Below, in pieces: positions 10,481-21,620 of a DNA stretch of 64,000 nt; position 1 is the first letter of the stretch, and each line of letters starts with the position of its first letter. This DNA comes from Macrostomum lignano. Taxonomy: Eukaryota. The notes beneath the pieces are model-generated. The model had not been told where the DNA came from and did not search any database. It was given only the letters and a program-made list of their open reading frames with translations. Where the stretch lies: NCBI GenBank assembly GCA_002269645.1, contig NIVC01002468.1:62001-126000 (forward strand), written 5' to 3'. The position numbers and the translations under genes were made by a program.

Positions 10481-13400
10481 CTTCCAAGGGACACAAGGAG
10501 AGGCAGAGGCCATGAGTTTGCCTGACATTCTGCGCAGCACCCTAACCAAAAATATTAATGTTTGCTTCAAATACTAATTTTACATGAATGTACTCTATTT
10601 TATGTTTAACTCTATCCTAAATTCCTAACTATTAAAAAGTTTTTGTTTAAGTATGACTTCAGATTTTAGAATACTTTCAAAAATAGTTCTAGGGATTGGA
10701 GTTCCCCGGGTTCAAAATCCGCGGGTTTCAACAGCTTGTCGATATATAATAGACACAACCACAGATCCTAAATCTTAGTCAATTAATCAGGCTTCGCAAA
10801 AGAACATAACTAAACACAGGATTGCTTTGGTTTAAATTTTTACATGTAAAAACTATCAATTGATGCGACTATTTATAATATCTTACGAAAACCAACGCAA
10901 GTGTCAATGACCTTTCATTTTGCAATACTTGGAGGGATGGACACTTAAACAGGCTCGTCAAGTTAAAAGATGACTATTTGGACTGCTCTGAAACAAATAA
11001 ATAGGACCAGAATATTTTTATTTTGGCAGAAAATTAAAGCTGTTTTCCGGGTAAGCAATTCTCTAAAAAGGTTTCGAGAAACAAGGCATCTAGGCCTTAT
11101 CTATTCTTTTTCACGATCCCTGGTTTGGTTCCTGTTAGGAGACGTGGGAAAGCCGGAAGGGCCTCCTTGCGAGTTGTGCGGGTGGTGCTGCACTCAGAGG
11201 TCTTGTGAGATGGCGCCAGGTTGCAGCTCTCCAGCCGGTTGTGGAGACCGCCTTGCTGTAATTGTACTGAGCTATAATTGTCACTTTTGGATGCACTCTG
11301 TCAAAATGGATGCACATATGCAAGTTTTGTTCAATAGACAGTGAGACAAAGGCACTGTCTTGTAACCCAGTGTCAAAACTGAATGCACACTGTCAAATGT
11401 ACTAGCAAATTGTGAATAAAGGTTGGAGTTTGTCTTTTTCGGTTGAAAATCGGCATTATTGCATTTGAGTTTGTCAAAATAGATTGAAAATTTCAACAAG
11501 CGATACAACAGACTGTCAAAATTGAATGCAAAGATATCAATACTGAGTGCAGATTTTCCAAAAATAGAAAGTAAAAAGGTGTAGCTAAAACTCGGTCTTG
11601 TTGTTTCTGTGAAACACTCTATTCGTGAGCTACTTCCTAAGTTGAATCTTAGGTTCAAATTTTGCTGTGTGAAGCGCCCCCAGCTGGGAGTTGGAAGTCT
11701 TTCCCTACTGGGAGAAAATATTAAGCGGCAAATCACATGACTATAGGTGTTGTGGCTCTGGCTTGTGCCCCTCAGATAAAAATCCGGCTTATGCCACTGA
11801 CATCTGGCTGCTGTGGGCTAGACCAAGGTAGCTAATATGCAAATTTTTGTAAGAATAATAAAAAATTTTCTACCTTCCGTCTATATCTGTATGAAACATT
11901 CTGTTGGGGCGCTAAGTTGACAATATTTACTCATCTCATGCGCGACATGCCAATTGAAAATAGAGCTAGTATTTGTTTGGTCTGAAGTTAAATTATTTGG
12001 TTGGATTATTGCCGACTAGACCAAGTTAATTGACTTTTTTCTTCTTCAGAAGTGCTCCTCGGAGGGTAAGAAAACAGATTGAGGCCTCTAAAAAGTTGAG
12101 ATGTTTGACGCGACGCAGGTGTTAGGGTTTCAAATCTCTGGCCTCTTACGATCTCCGGTGCCTTACGTTCTCCTGTAGGTATAATTAAAAGTCAAGGGAT
12201 TTTTTATAAAGGGATTAAAGTTGATAAGAAATTGGTAGCCTTTGAGATCGTCACACGTGTGCTATGTACGCAGTGCTTACTTGTCAAATGAGTATACGCA
12301 TAATAATACTAATAGCTCAGCACTATACAGTTCACCACATGCCTTGGCTGCTTCATTATGGCCAGTATTTTATACCTGTTCACTGTTCAGCATGATCTTC
12401 CGTCCAAAGAAAATGACAAATTGAAGCGTCGAATTAGAGAAAAAGGCACGAGTTTTGCTCTTCACAATGTAGCGGAATGTACCAGCTATAGTTAAAAATA
12501 TTGCAAGCAGCAAGAGACGGTGATCAAAAGAGGTGAAAAAAGTTGTTTGCATCGAGGATAAGGCCAAGAAGCTTGTCGAAAGGGTTCACATGGAGTCCTG
12601 TCAATTCGGTCTAAAAGCCTCGTCAAAATCAGATGTTACAGTAATGTAGCCGTCACTCCGATTGCCAGGCATAGGCATGTACGCAGAACTTACATATTGT
12701 TGGGTTGCTGTTCAATTCCCAGTGCATACTTGCGGCTGTGCACACCGGATGTACACTGCAGGTGACAGACTATCGATCTTAATCGTACCTGAAAGTCATG
12801 TAGCACTACGTAGATGTACATACATGACAATTCCTTTCTATCCAGGTGCAAAGAAACGGCCAAAATCAACGGCTTAACCAAAATTGCCTGAGTTTGCTGC
12901 TCAAAGTTTGTGATTCATATAGTCGTGACTGCATGGGATTTAAAGCGAAATGCCATCTAACTCGTCTACGACACTCCACCACAGGCACTTCACCCTTTCT
13001 GTATGCCGTATCTCTCTGTCTTCTCTTGCGCCTTGTTTGAATTTCAGGCATTAATGCCGACAGAATTTGTATATTTGCATATAAGAAGCGCCCTACTTCA
13101 TCAATTTTAGGGCGGCCTTTGGATTCAATCAATTGGGAGATGAGGCTGCCAATTTCTTAACTCGCCCGACTGCCGTGCGAACTACTACGAACAGACGCCA
13201 GTTGGCTAAAAAAGCAACGCATCGAGCAGAGACAAAAAAGCTGATCGCCCAGAATATTTGGACTTTGCAAGAGAAGGAAACCGAGTCAGACTTAAAAAGT
13301 CTCAACGCGATGACCGACCGCAAAGGCGGAAAATTCCAAATGGCTTGGAATGCGCGCAGATAAAAAATGTAACACGAGCGTAAAAGATGTCTCAGTCTGA

Positions 13401-14193
13401 ATGTACTAGCTGACTGCTCTTAAAGGGTGCGTCAATGGACAGCAATCGAAACGCTGCTTCAATTTTGTTAGCCGAAGTGGACCGATTAATTAATTACCAA
13501 TGTTTGATCTTAGTATAAACTATCTGTTTTACTAAGTAACGAATAGATATTTGTCAGCAAGTGAGACGGTTTCAGTAACTATTCCATTTTCTTTAGATGA
13601 GTAAAATGTACACTACTTTTTTCTAATACAGTGGTCTGATTCAGTGAACAGCCTTGGAACTATTGTGAAAGAGAAATAATTTTGATGCCTGCACTTTGGG
13701 TCTTTAAAGGACGTGTGATCACAGACACAGCGGGACCGCAGACAAGAAGCCGGAAATCCTAAAGCAAACCTTAGTTTTTTATTAGCTCGGAGATCCTAAG
13801 CTGATTTGCGATTCCCGGGTCGAATGGTGGCTGCCTCGCAACCTCCGAGGTAGACTAATCAGAAACTGTCCCGGAAACTGCAAAGCAGCTACTGTTCTCC
13901 GAAGCGGAGATTGTAAAGCACTTGTAGTCTCCAGAAGAAACCCCTAAGGCCAGCCAGGAGACTGTACAGTCACTTCACATCATTTTGACGAGTTACAAAT
14001 TCCTACTACCAGTAGTTACATGGATGTGTGTTTGATCAGCTTTATTTTACCAGCATTTTATTAACGCGAGGACCAGTGCACCCCGAGGGAATGGAATAGT
14101 TAGCCAAACACGGAAGCAATATTGGCAGTTATGACGAGCATATACTTCCTAACTTCCACAAACGAGATTCATCCAATTACAGCAGTTCCACTC

Positions 14194-14207
14194 GTTGCCA
14201 TAGCGAC
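14194..14207. promoter_or_regulatory. X-box (RFX) motif upstream of Cys-loop receptor copy 2
   Basis: GTTGCC-AT-AGCGAC fits RYYNYY-WW-RRNRAC, about 155 nt upstream of the ATG. Confidence 0.55.
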
Positions 14208-14359
14208 GGCTTCAACAATGGTAGGTGAGACGCATTACTGTTTAACAGCTATGCTTATGGTGCTTTGCGTCAGCTCTGCTTTCTATTTAATTCTGCCGTA
14301 AAGTAGAAAGCAGTAACTAACACAGTAACCAAAATTGGCTTCTTACACATATCGACACA

Positions 14360-15667
14360 ATGTCCGTACGCGGAATTCTACTAGCCGCCACAGCAATTTT
14401 AGCTGCAACTTGTGGCGGCTCAGCTCAGCATAGAGATCTGCAACACGAGCTGCTGCAGTACTTGAAGAACAATATCACCAACTATAGTCCGCTGCTGCGA
14501 CCCACAATTAACGCCTACAAGCCTACGTACATCACTATGGATACATCATTGACACAGCTGGTATCGGTAGACAGTGCCAAGCAAAGCGTCAAGATTGGCG
14601 CCGTTTTAATGGCCGGCTGGACTGAGGAGCGTCTGGTCTGGGATCCGGCCAAGTTTGGGAACCTAACCGTGATCAACTGGGACAATTCGAATGTCTGGTT
14701 TCCTGTCATCCTCATCTATAATGGCATCGGAGACAACCAGATGCTCACTCCGCAGATGCCAGTGTATTTGATGTCGATCCAGCCCAACCTTACCAAAGTC
14801 GTCGCCGGGTGGCGTCGAGAGTTCGAATTCTCGTGTGAGTTCGACGTGAGCAAATTCCCCATAGACAGGCACGTCTGCGAGCTCGAGTTCTTCTTTAGCG
14901 ACCAAGGCCATAACAACCAGATGCTGATTCCTTTCAAGAACAATATGAAGCCATTCCAAATAGATGGACTTTATCGAACTAACAGCGAATGGAAGTTGTT
15001 GAATGCGTCGACGTCGTCCGAACGGAAGCCGTACAAACTCGTTCAAGGTGCACCGGATGTGCTTCTACCAACTTATGTGATCCGTCTGGAGATCGAGAGA
15101 GTCTCCGCCTACTACTTTATGAACATCATCACACCACTGCTACTGCTGACTTTGCTACAAGTGCTGGTATACTTTGTGCCCCTGGAGTCTGGCGAGAAGC
15201 TGGGATTCGGCATCACAATCATGCTCAGCTACACTGTGTTCCTTCTTCTGCTGGACAGCATCGTGCCCAAGTCGCAGACAACACCAGCGATCGCTTCGTT
15301 CATCACGGCCGCTATGACCTTGTCGACGATATCTCTGCTACTAACGTCGCTAATTATGCGTCTGCACTTCGCTCCGGAGGGCAATCGGATGTCGGCCTGC
15401 ATGCGTGCCGTTCTGATTGGCTTCTTGGCTCGAGTGTTCTGCGTTGGCGGCGCTGCCAAAATCCATAAGGTCGACGGAGCAGAGGACGTCGAGATCAAGA
15501 ATGAGACTAGCATCGACAAAAAGAATGCTACTGACGAAGAGGACACTCCGGTTGTTCGATCCGATTGGGTGGTTGCTGCGCACGCTGTCGAACGACTCAT
15601 GGTTGCTATGGGAGTGGCCGCGACCGCTGCTATTATTGGAGTTTTCGTTATCCAACCGTACACTTAA
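14360..15667 (+). CDS. Intronless Cys-loop ligand-gated ion channel subunit, divergent nAChR-like (435 aa), copy 2
   Basis: Paralog of 481-1770 with the same Cys-loop, GEK and M1-M4. Net 6 aa longer in the M3-M4 loop. Homology extends into about 0.4 kb of 5' and 0.55 kb of 3' flank. Confidence 0.93.
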   Translation: MSVRGILLAATAILAATCGGSAQHRDLQHELLQYLKNNITNYSPLLRPTINAYKPTYITMDTSLTQLVSVDSAKQSVKIGAVLMAGWTEERLVWDPAKFGNLTVINWDNSNVWFPVILIYNGIGDNQMLTPQMPVYLMSIQPNLTKVVAGWRREFEFSCEFDVSKFPIDRHVCELEFFFSDQGHNNQMLIPFKNNMKPFQIDGLYRTNSEWKLLNASTSSERKPYKLVQGAPDVLLPTYVIRLEIERVSAYYFMNIITPLLLLTLLQVLVYFVPLESGEKLGFGITIMLSYTVFLLLLDSIVPKSQTTPAIASFITAAMTLSTISLLLTSLIMRLHFAPEGNRMSACMRAVLIGFLARVFCVGGAAKIHKVDGAEDVEIKNETSIDKKNATDEEDTPVVRSDWVVAAHAVERLMVAMGVAATAAIIGVFVIQPYT

Positions 15668-16031
15668 TGACAGCTCGAGATTAGCCTGATGGGGCTTATG
15701 AAACTTACTAAAAATTGATTCCTAAATATTTATCAACCCTCTATTATTTTCTCTTCTAACTACGAGCTAAATCCGATAAAGTGTTTTGCATCAAAAAGTG
15801 CACGGGTGCCTCTAGTTGTCTCTAGTGGCAATTACGAGCTTAGAACAAGAACAATGCGAAATGTCGGCTAAACTAATTATCAAGCTGAATAAGTGCGAGC
15901 ATCTATAAAGAATGGCTCTTGCTTTCTTGTTGCACTGCCAATTCCCAACGAAATGAGTTTCAGAGGAAATGACCGGATTCGTCCCTCCATCATTCAATCA
16001 ACTAAGCTTCAGTTTGCACCATTGCAAATGA

Positions 16032-16045
16032 GTTGCCATGGTAAC
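16032..16045. promoter_or_regulatory. X-box (RFX) motif downstream of Cys-loop receptor copy 2
   Basis: GTTGCC-AT-GGTAAC, a near-palindromic textbook X-box. Confidence 0.6.
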
Positions 16046-16792
16046 CAAATTTTGGCAAAGACTCGGTAAACACTCAATAGAACTGTGGGCAGAGCTTTCA
16101 GCTAACCATGCAGCAGGGCTATTGTTAATTAAATAAAATCACGAGCGAGCCTTTTGGGGACAGAGCTGCAGAGGGCGTGTGTTTGCAATGAAAACAGAAC
16201 TTGGCTGGAATATGGACACGGCAGCCTGGGAACCTGCTGGACACCTGCCAGTATATGCTATATATGAATTGTTAAATATTTACCTCAACACTCCGTGTTA
16301 TATTTTCTCTCCTAAACCTTACTAGCAAAGAAAATTGTTAGCATAGAAAACATTTTCTACAGTTAAAACAAAGGCCTGTTTTTAGACATGTCATAGACAG
16401 CTATTGCATATCAGCATATTCGGCCATAAATCGATAGACACAATCGAGTTTATTGATCAAGCAAGCACTGTCAAAACACAACACAAAAATGCCTGCGCAC
16501 ACATGATTGCTTTGTTAAAATAAGGTATAATTGCCGAGCTAAGAGTAGAGAAACGGAACACTGTATGATTGGAAGGAATGTTCGATTTAAGATGTTTTAT
16601 AGTTAGATCGAGCTAGAATACTTTAGAATTTGATCTGCATTTCAATCAAATACACACTTGCAATCGCTATATTCTTATAGTGTTCCAGTGCGCCAACCAA
16701 TGTCATACGGTTAGTGTCGCAGCGTCCTTGGTATTGAAACTAGAATCGAACTGAACTGAAAGTTTTACTCTATATCGGGAGAAGCTCCCAGA

Positions 16793-19459
16793 TCACAGAT
16801 TCGGGGTTGCTACGCCGACAGCTTTCAAAGAATCCTCCAGCGCTGCCAGAACCCGTTCGGCCACGGCCTCCGTGGCGTTGAGGCCCATCAGGCCGATGCG
16901 CCACACCTGGCCTGCGGTGGGGCCGAGACCGCCAGCGATCTCTACGGAGTGTCTGGCGGTTGGCAGGTGCGGGATAATCGTAGTGATTTATTACTTTAAT
17001 AATGAGACACCCAGATCGGTGATAGAGGCTCAGGTCATCAAAATATATCAATCAAATATAGCAACTGAGGATCTGGGAGGCTGGCCCAGCAACTGAGGAT
17101 CTGGGAGGCTGGCCCAGCAACTGAGGATCTGTGAGGTAGGCCCAGCAACTGACACTCTGGGAGGCTTGCCCAGCAACTGAGGATCTGGAAGGTTGGCCCA
17201 GCAACTGACACTCTGGGAGGCTGATGGCCCAGCAACTGAGGATCTGGGAGGCTGGTGACCCAGAAACTGAGGATCTGGGAGGCTGGTGACCCAGAAACTG
17301 AGGATCTGGGAGGCTGGTGACCCAGAAACTGAGGATCTGGGAGGCTGGTGACCCAGAAACTGAGGATCTGGGAGGCTGGCCCAGCAACTGACACTCTGGG
17401 AGGCTGGTGGCCCAGCAACTGAGGATCTGGGAGGCTGGCCTAGCAACTGAGAATCTGGGAGGCTGGCACAGCAACTGAGAATCTGGGAGGCTGGCCTAGC
17501 AACTGAGAATCTGGGAGGCTGGTACAGCAGCTGGGGATCTGAGAGCCTGGCCTAGCAACTGGGGATCTGGGAGGCTGGCAACAACAACTGGGGATGTAAA
17601 AAGGCGGCGCTACTATACACAAACTAAAGAAAGCGCTCACTTGGCCATCGCGTGCTGAACAACAGCCTTCCAATCAACGCCCTCCGGCACAGCTATTGTG
17701 GTAACGGTTGGCGCCCGGTCCTGCGGTTCCGACACGAACAGCCGCTGCCCGAGGCGACCTTGGAGTCCGGCGCGTAGCTTGTCAGCGGCGCGCTCGTGTC
17801 GCTCCCACGCGGCTGGCAGGCCCTCGACGGCCACTAAGCGTAGCGCTTCGCGGGCGGCGTACACCAGACTGATCGGCGCCGTGTGGTGGTAGCGCCTGGC
17901 CGACACGGGCTGGTCAGGCGGCTCTGTGGTGCGGCAGCCCCAGTAGTTTGCCAGCTGGCTCGCGTCCAGGTAGAACGAAGGCGGCGGCACCTTGCGGCTG
18001 AGGATCTGTGGTTGAAGCCATTTAAGTTATACGGATGGTTGCTTAACTGATAACAAGTCTCAGAGTCTTAATCACATCGTTGTGTCCCAACGCCTTCCTA
18101 ATGTCTTACTGTCCTAATGCTTGAGAGTCCTAATGCCTTTGTGTCCCAATGCCTTAGTATCCCAATGCCTGAGTGTCCTAATGTCTGTGTTTCCTAGTCT
18201 TAGTGTCCTAATGTCTTTGTGTCCCAATGCCATACGAGTAGTATCCCAATGCCTGAGTGTCCTAATGTCTTTGTGTCACAATGCCTTAGTATTCCAATGC
18301 CTAAGTGTCCTAATGTCTTTGTGTCCCAATGCCTTAGTATCCCAATGCCTGAGTGTCCTAATGTATTTGTGTCACAATGCCTTAGTATTCCAATGCCTGA
18401 GTGTCCTAATGTCTGTTTCCTTAGTCTCAGTGTTCCAATGCATTAGTATTCCAATGCCTGAGTGTCCTAATGTCTTAACTGCCTTTAATCATAATGTCTT
18501 AGTGTCCTAATGCCATAGCATATCTTAGTGTCTTAGCGCCTTAGGTTGCCATTATCTTAACGTATTAACTTATTAGTGACTTAATGTTCTAATGTTCTAG
18601 TGACTACTTAGTTACTACTTACTGCTTACCGTTAAGGCAAAAAAACCACAAATCGCCTCGAAGTCAATATCGAAAACCCAAATCAAAGTAACTTGCATTG
18701 TCATTAGTGTCTTATGCTGTTCTGTTTTAGCACTTTACTATATATTAACGTATGGCTCCGTAATGCTATATTGTGTAAATAGCATAGTGTGCGAATCGAA
18801 TAGAGTTTCAATTCCATCATGTCGTAATGTCCAAATGTCTCGATGCTTTAGTGCTCTCATGCCATATAGTATCAATTTCACAACTATATTGATTGGGCTA
18901 ATATTCAATAGTGTCTTATGGCATCATGGCTTAGTTATAGTGTCTATTGAGAATAGTCAATATTCTTTTTGCTTAATGTCTAAGTGTCTGAATTTCTAAC
19001 CTTCCTCCTAGCAGCCTCCGAGAAAGAGATTAGCCCCAGGCCGGGCGTGCAGCCCAAGCACTTCTGACTGCCGGTGTACACGCAGTCGATCAGCCAATCG
19101 TCAGTGAGCAGCGGAGCTCCTCCGGCAGCGGCAACGGAGTCTACAAGCAGCAGGGCGCCATGCTTGCGGCAGACGCCGCCCAGGTGTTCGAGAGGCTGCA
19201 GCGTGCCGGTGCTGCTTTCTCCGTGAACAACGAAGACAACGCTGGGCCTGTGCTGCTGAAGGGCCGACTCCAGCTGCTCGGGGGTGAACACGCTGCCAGG
19301 AGGCTGCGACAGCAGGACAGGTTTCAGCGACAGGCGGCGGGACAGTTCAGCGAACCTGTCGCCCCAGATGCCGTTGCGACAGACTAAGACGGTTTCACCT
19401 GGCTCCAGGAGGTTCATGCAGGCCGCCTCCATGGCGCAGTGGCCTGGGTAGAAACCGGG

Positions 19460-19494
<35 letters not shown>

Positions 19495-20276
19495 GTTTGT
19501 GTGTCTGTCTGTCTGCCCTGTGTGTCCGTCTGTCTGTGTGTCTGTCTGTGTGTCTGTCTGTCTGCCCTGTGTGTCCGTCTGTCTGTCTGTGTCTGTCTGT
19601 GTGTCTGTCTGTCTGTCTGTGTGTCAGTCTGTCTGCCCTGTGTGTCCGTCTGTGCCTGTCTGTTTATCTGTTTTTTCTGTCTGTCTGTCTGCCTGTGTGT
19701 CTGTCTGTCTGCCTGTCTGAGTGAGTATCTGTCCAGAAAGCAGTCTTACCAGTTCCAGAGATAGCAAAACTCCAATCGTTGTTGGTTTGAAAGAAATATC
19801 GAATTCCATCTTTCACGTCGTCCATTATCTGTGGCGTGGTAGATTAACGGCGGAAATAAGCATAAGAAACGCTCCTGACCTGATATGCTTCTAATAAAAA
19901 TACTAAAAAACTCACTGTCCTTGCACCTGCTCAACATCTCCCTCAGTTCCTGTCTACTTTACTTCCCAGTTCCTGGTCACTCTCTCATTTACATGTAGTT
20001 CTTAGTCAGTTTCTCCTTCAGTCTCAAGTCACTCTTCTTCAGTCCCTACTCACTCTCTCATTTAGTTGAGTCACTATAAAAAAACTGCCTAAAACGCAAA
20101 GGTACCTTGGTGAACTCAGGATGCAGATGTCCAAGCAGCGGTGCGGACAGGGCGGTAGACACTTCCGGGTGTTGATTAGACGGACCGGGACCCGTGAGCA
20201 ATTTGTTGGGAATGCTCAAAGGGTTGAGCAGGCCTGCTGCCGCTCGAACCGTAAGATTTGGTAGTCGACAAGTCAT
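16793..20276 (-). CDS. AGXT: Alanine-glyoxylate / serine-pyruvate aminotransferase (class V PLP enzyme), 5 exons, 405 aa
   Basis: Exons 20276-20106, 19828-19750, 19443-19001, 18005-17641 and 16952-16793 (1218 nt). All introns are GT-AG with compatible phases. Motifs [32 protein letters not shown] (PLP lysine), YHHTAP and [20 protein letters not shown]. Confidence 0.95.
17058..17590. repeat. 28/31-bp minisatellite in AGXT intron 4
   Basis: Unit CAGCAACTGAGGATCTGGGAGGCTGGCC. Confidence 0.92.
18085..18530. repeat. 16-bp minisatellite (48-bp trimer) in AGXT intron 3
   Basis: CCCAATGCCTTAGTAT / CCCAATGCCTGAGTGT / CCTAATGTCTTTGTGT in rotation. Confidence 0.85.
19461..19720. repeat. (GTCT/GT)n compound microsatellite in AGXT intron 2
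   Basis: Read directly from the sequence. Confidence 0.95.
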
Positions 20277-20694
20277 TTTGATTCAATAGAGCAGCATGCA
20301 AGAGAAATAATAATTACTTATTGTATTTATTGCTTTTTTAGCCCGATTTGTTTATATATAGACAATTAAATAAACAACAAGGGATACACAAATTAGATCT
20401 TCCTAACGCTATCTGAGTCATAGTAGCTTGTATTCGTATATCACACTCATTGTTATCACCGTCATTGTTATAATGCATATGCATAACAGTGGATAATAAA
20501 TCTTAGGCAGTACTACGTTTGCTAACCCAAATGGGATCATTAGGGATATTTTGTGAGCCACAAACTCCAATGTAACCCTGAGACTTATGGGGACAAAACA
20601 TACAGAATTTTTTTAGAGAAGACGAGACTAACTAAATTTATGAAGTGTTATGAAAGCGTAGCATCAAAACGTAGCATGAGCTGGACAGAATGAG

Positions 20695-21620
20695 AAACAG
20701 AGTAAATTGGGCAGAGGGGGTGGAGCGCGCGACTGAGGAGAGGCCAGATCTAAGAACCAATCAGAAGGCAGTGAGGGAGAGAGATAAGAATAACCAGACT
20801 GAACTGGACAGAGAGAGAGAGAGAGAGAGAGAGAGAAAACAGAGTAAAGTGTGCCGAGGGAGGCTAGCGCGCGACTGGGGGAATGAGGCAAGATTGAAGA
20901 GCCAATCAGAAGGCAGTGAGGGAGAGATAAGAATAACCAGACTGAACTGGACAGAGAGAGAGAGAAAACAGAGTAAAGTGTGCCGAGGGAGGCTAGCGCG
21001 CGACTGGGGGAATGAGGCAAGATTGAAGAGCCAATCAGAAGGCAGTGAGGGAGAGATAAGAATAACCAGACTGAACTGGACAGAGAGAGAGAGAAAACAG
21101 AGTAAAGTGTGCCGAGGGAGGCTAGCGCGCGACTGAGGAGAGGCCAGATCTAAGAACCAATCAGAAGGCAGTGAGGGAGAGATAAGAATAACCAGACTGA
21201 ACTGGACAGAGAGAGAGAGAAAACAGAGTAAAGTGTGCCGAGGGAGGCTAGCGCGCGACTGAGGAGAGGCCAGATCTAAGAACCAATCAGAAGGCAGTGA
21301 GGGAGAGATAAGAATAACCAGACTGAACTGGACAGAGAGAGAGAGAAAACAGAGTAAAGTGTGCCGAGGGAGGCTAGCGCGCGACTGAGGAGAGGCCAGA
21401 TCTAAGAACCAATCAGAAGGCAGTGAGGGAGAGAGATAAGAATAACCAGACTGAACTGGACAGAGAGAGAGAAAACAGAGTAAGCAGAGCCAAGGGGGTG
21501 GAGCGCGCGACCGAGGGAATGAGGCGATTAAAGAGCCAATCAGAAGGCAGTGAGGGAGAGAGATAAAAAGATCGAACTGTACAGAGGGGGAGAAAATAGA
21601 GTAAACAGAGACGAGGGCAA
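20695..21620. repeat. About 126-bp tandem repeat, 7 copies, each with a CCAAT box, a CGCGCG run and a GA run
   Basis: CCAATCAGAAGG at about 20757, 20902, 21031, 21157, 21283, 21409 and 21536. Confidence 0.92.

Noticed and set aside
8023-10496. 823-aa and 711-aa Leu/Ser-rich minus-strand ORFs
   Set aside because: Translations of the CT-rich strand of a 23-bp repeat and GA tract; that strand is too purine-poor to form stop codons. Open in several frames, with no domain.
12242-13400. Coding-like stretch with several short ORFs between the receptor genes
   Set aside because: No recognisable motif in the frames examined, frequent stops and no clear termini. Possibly a decayed TE, but not supportable without tBLASTx.
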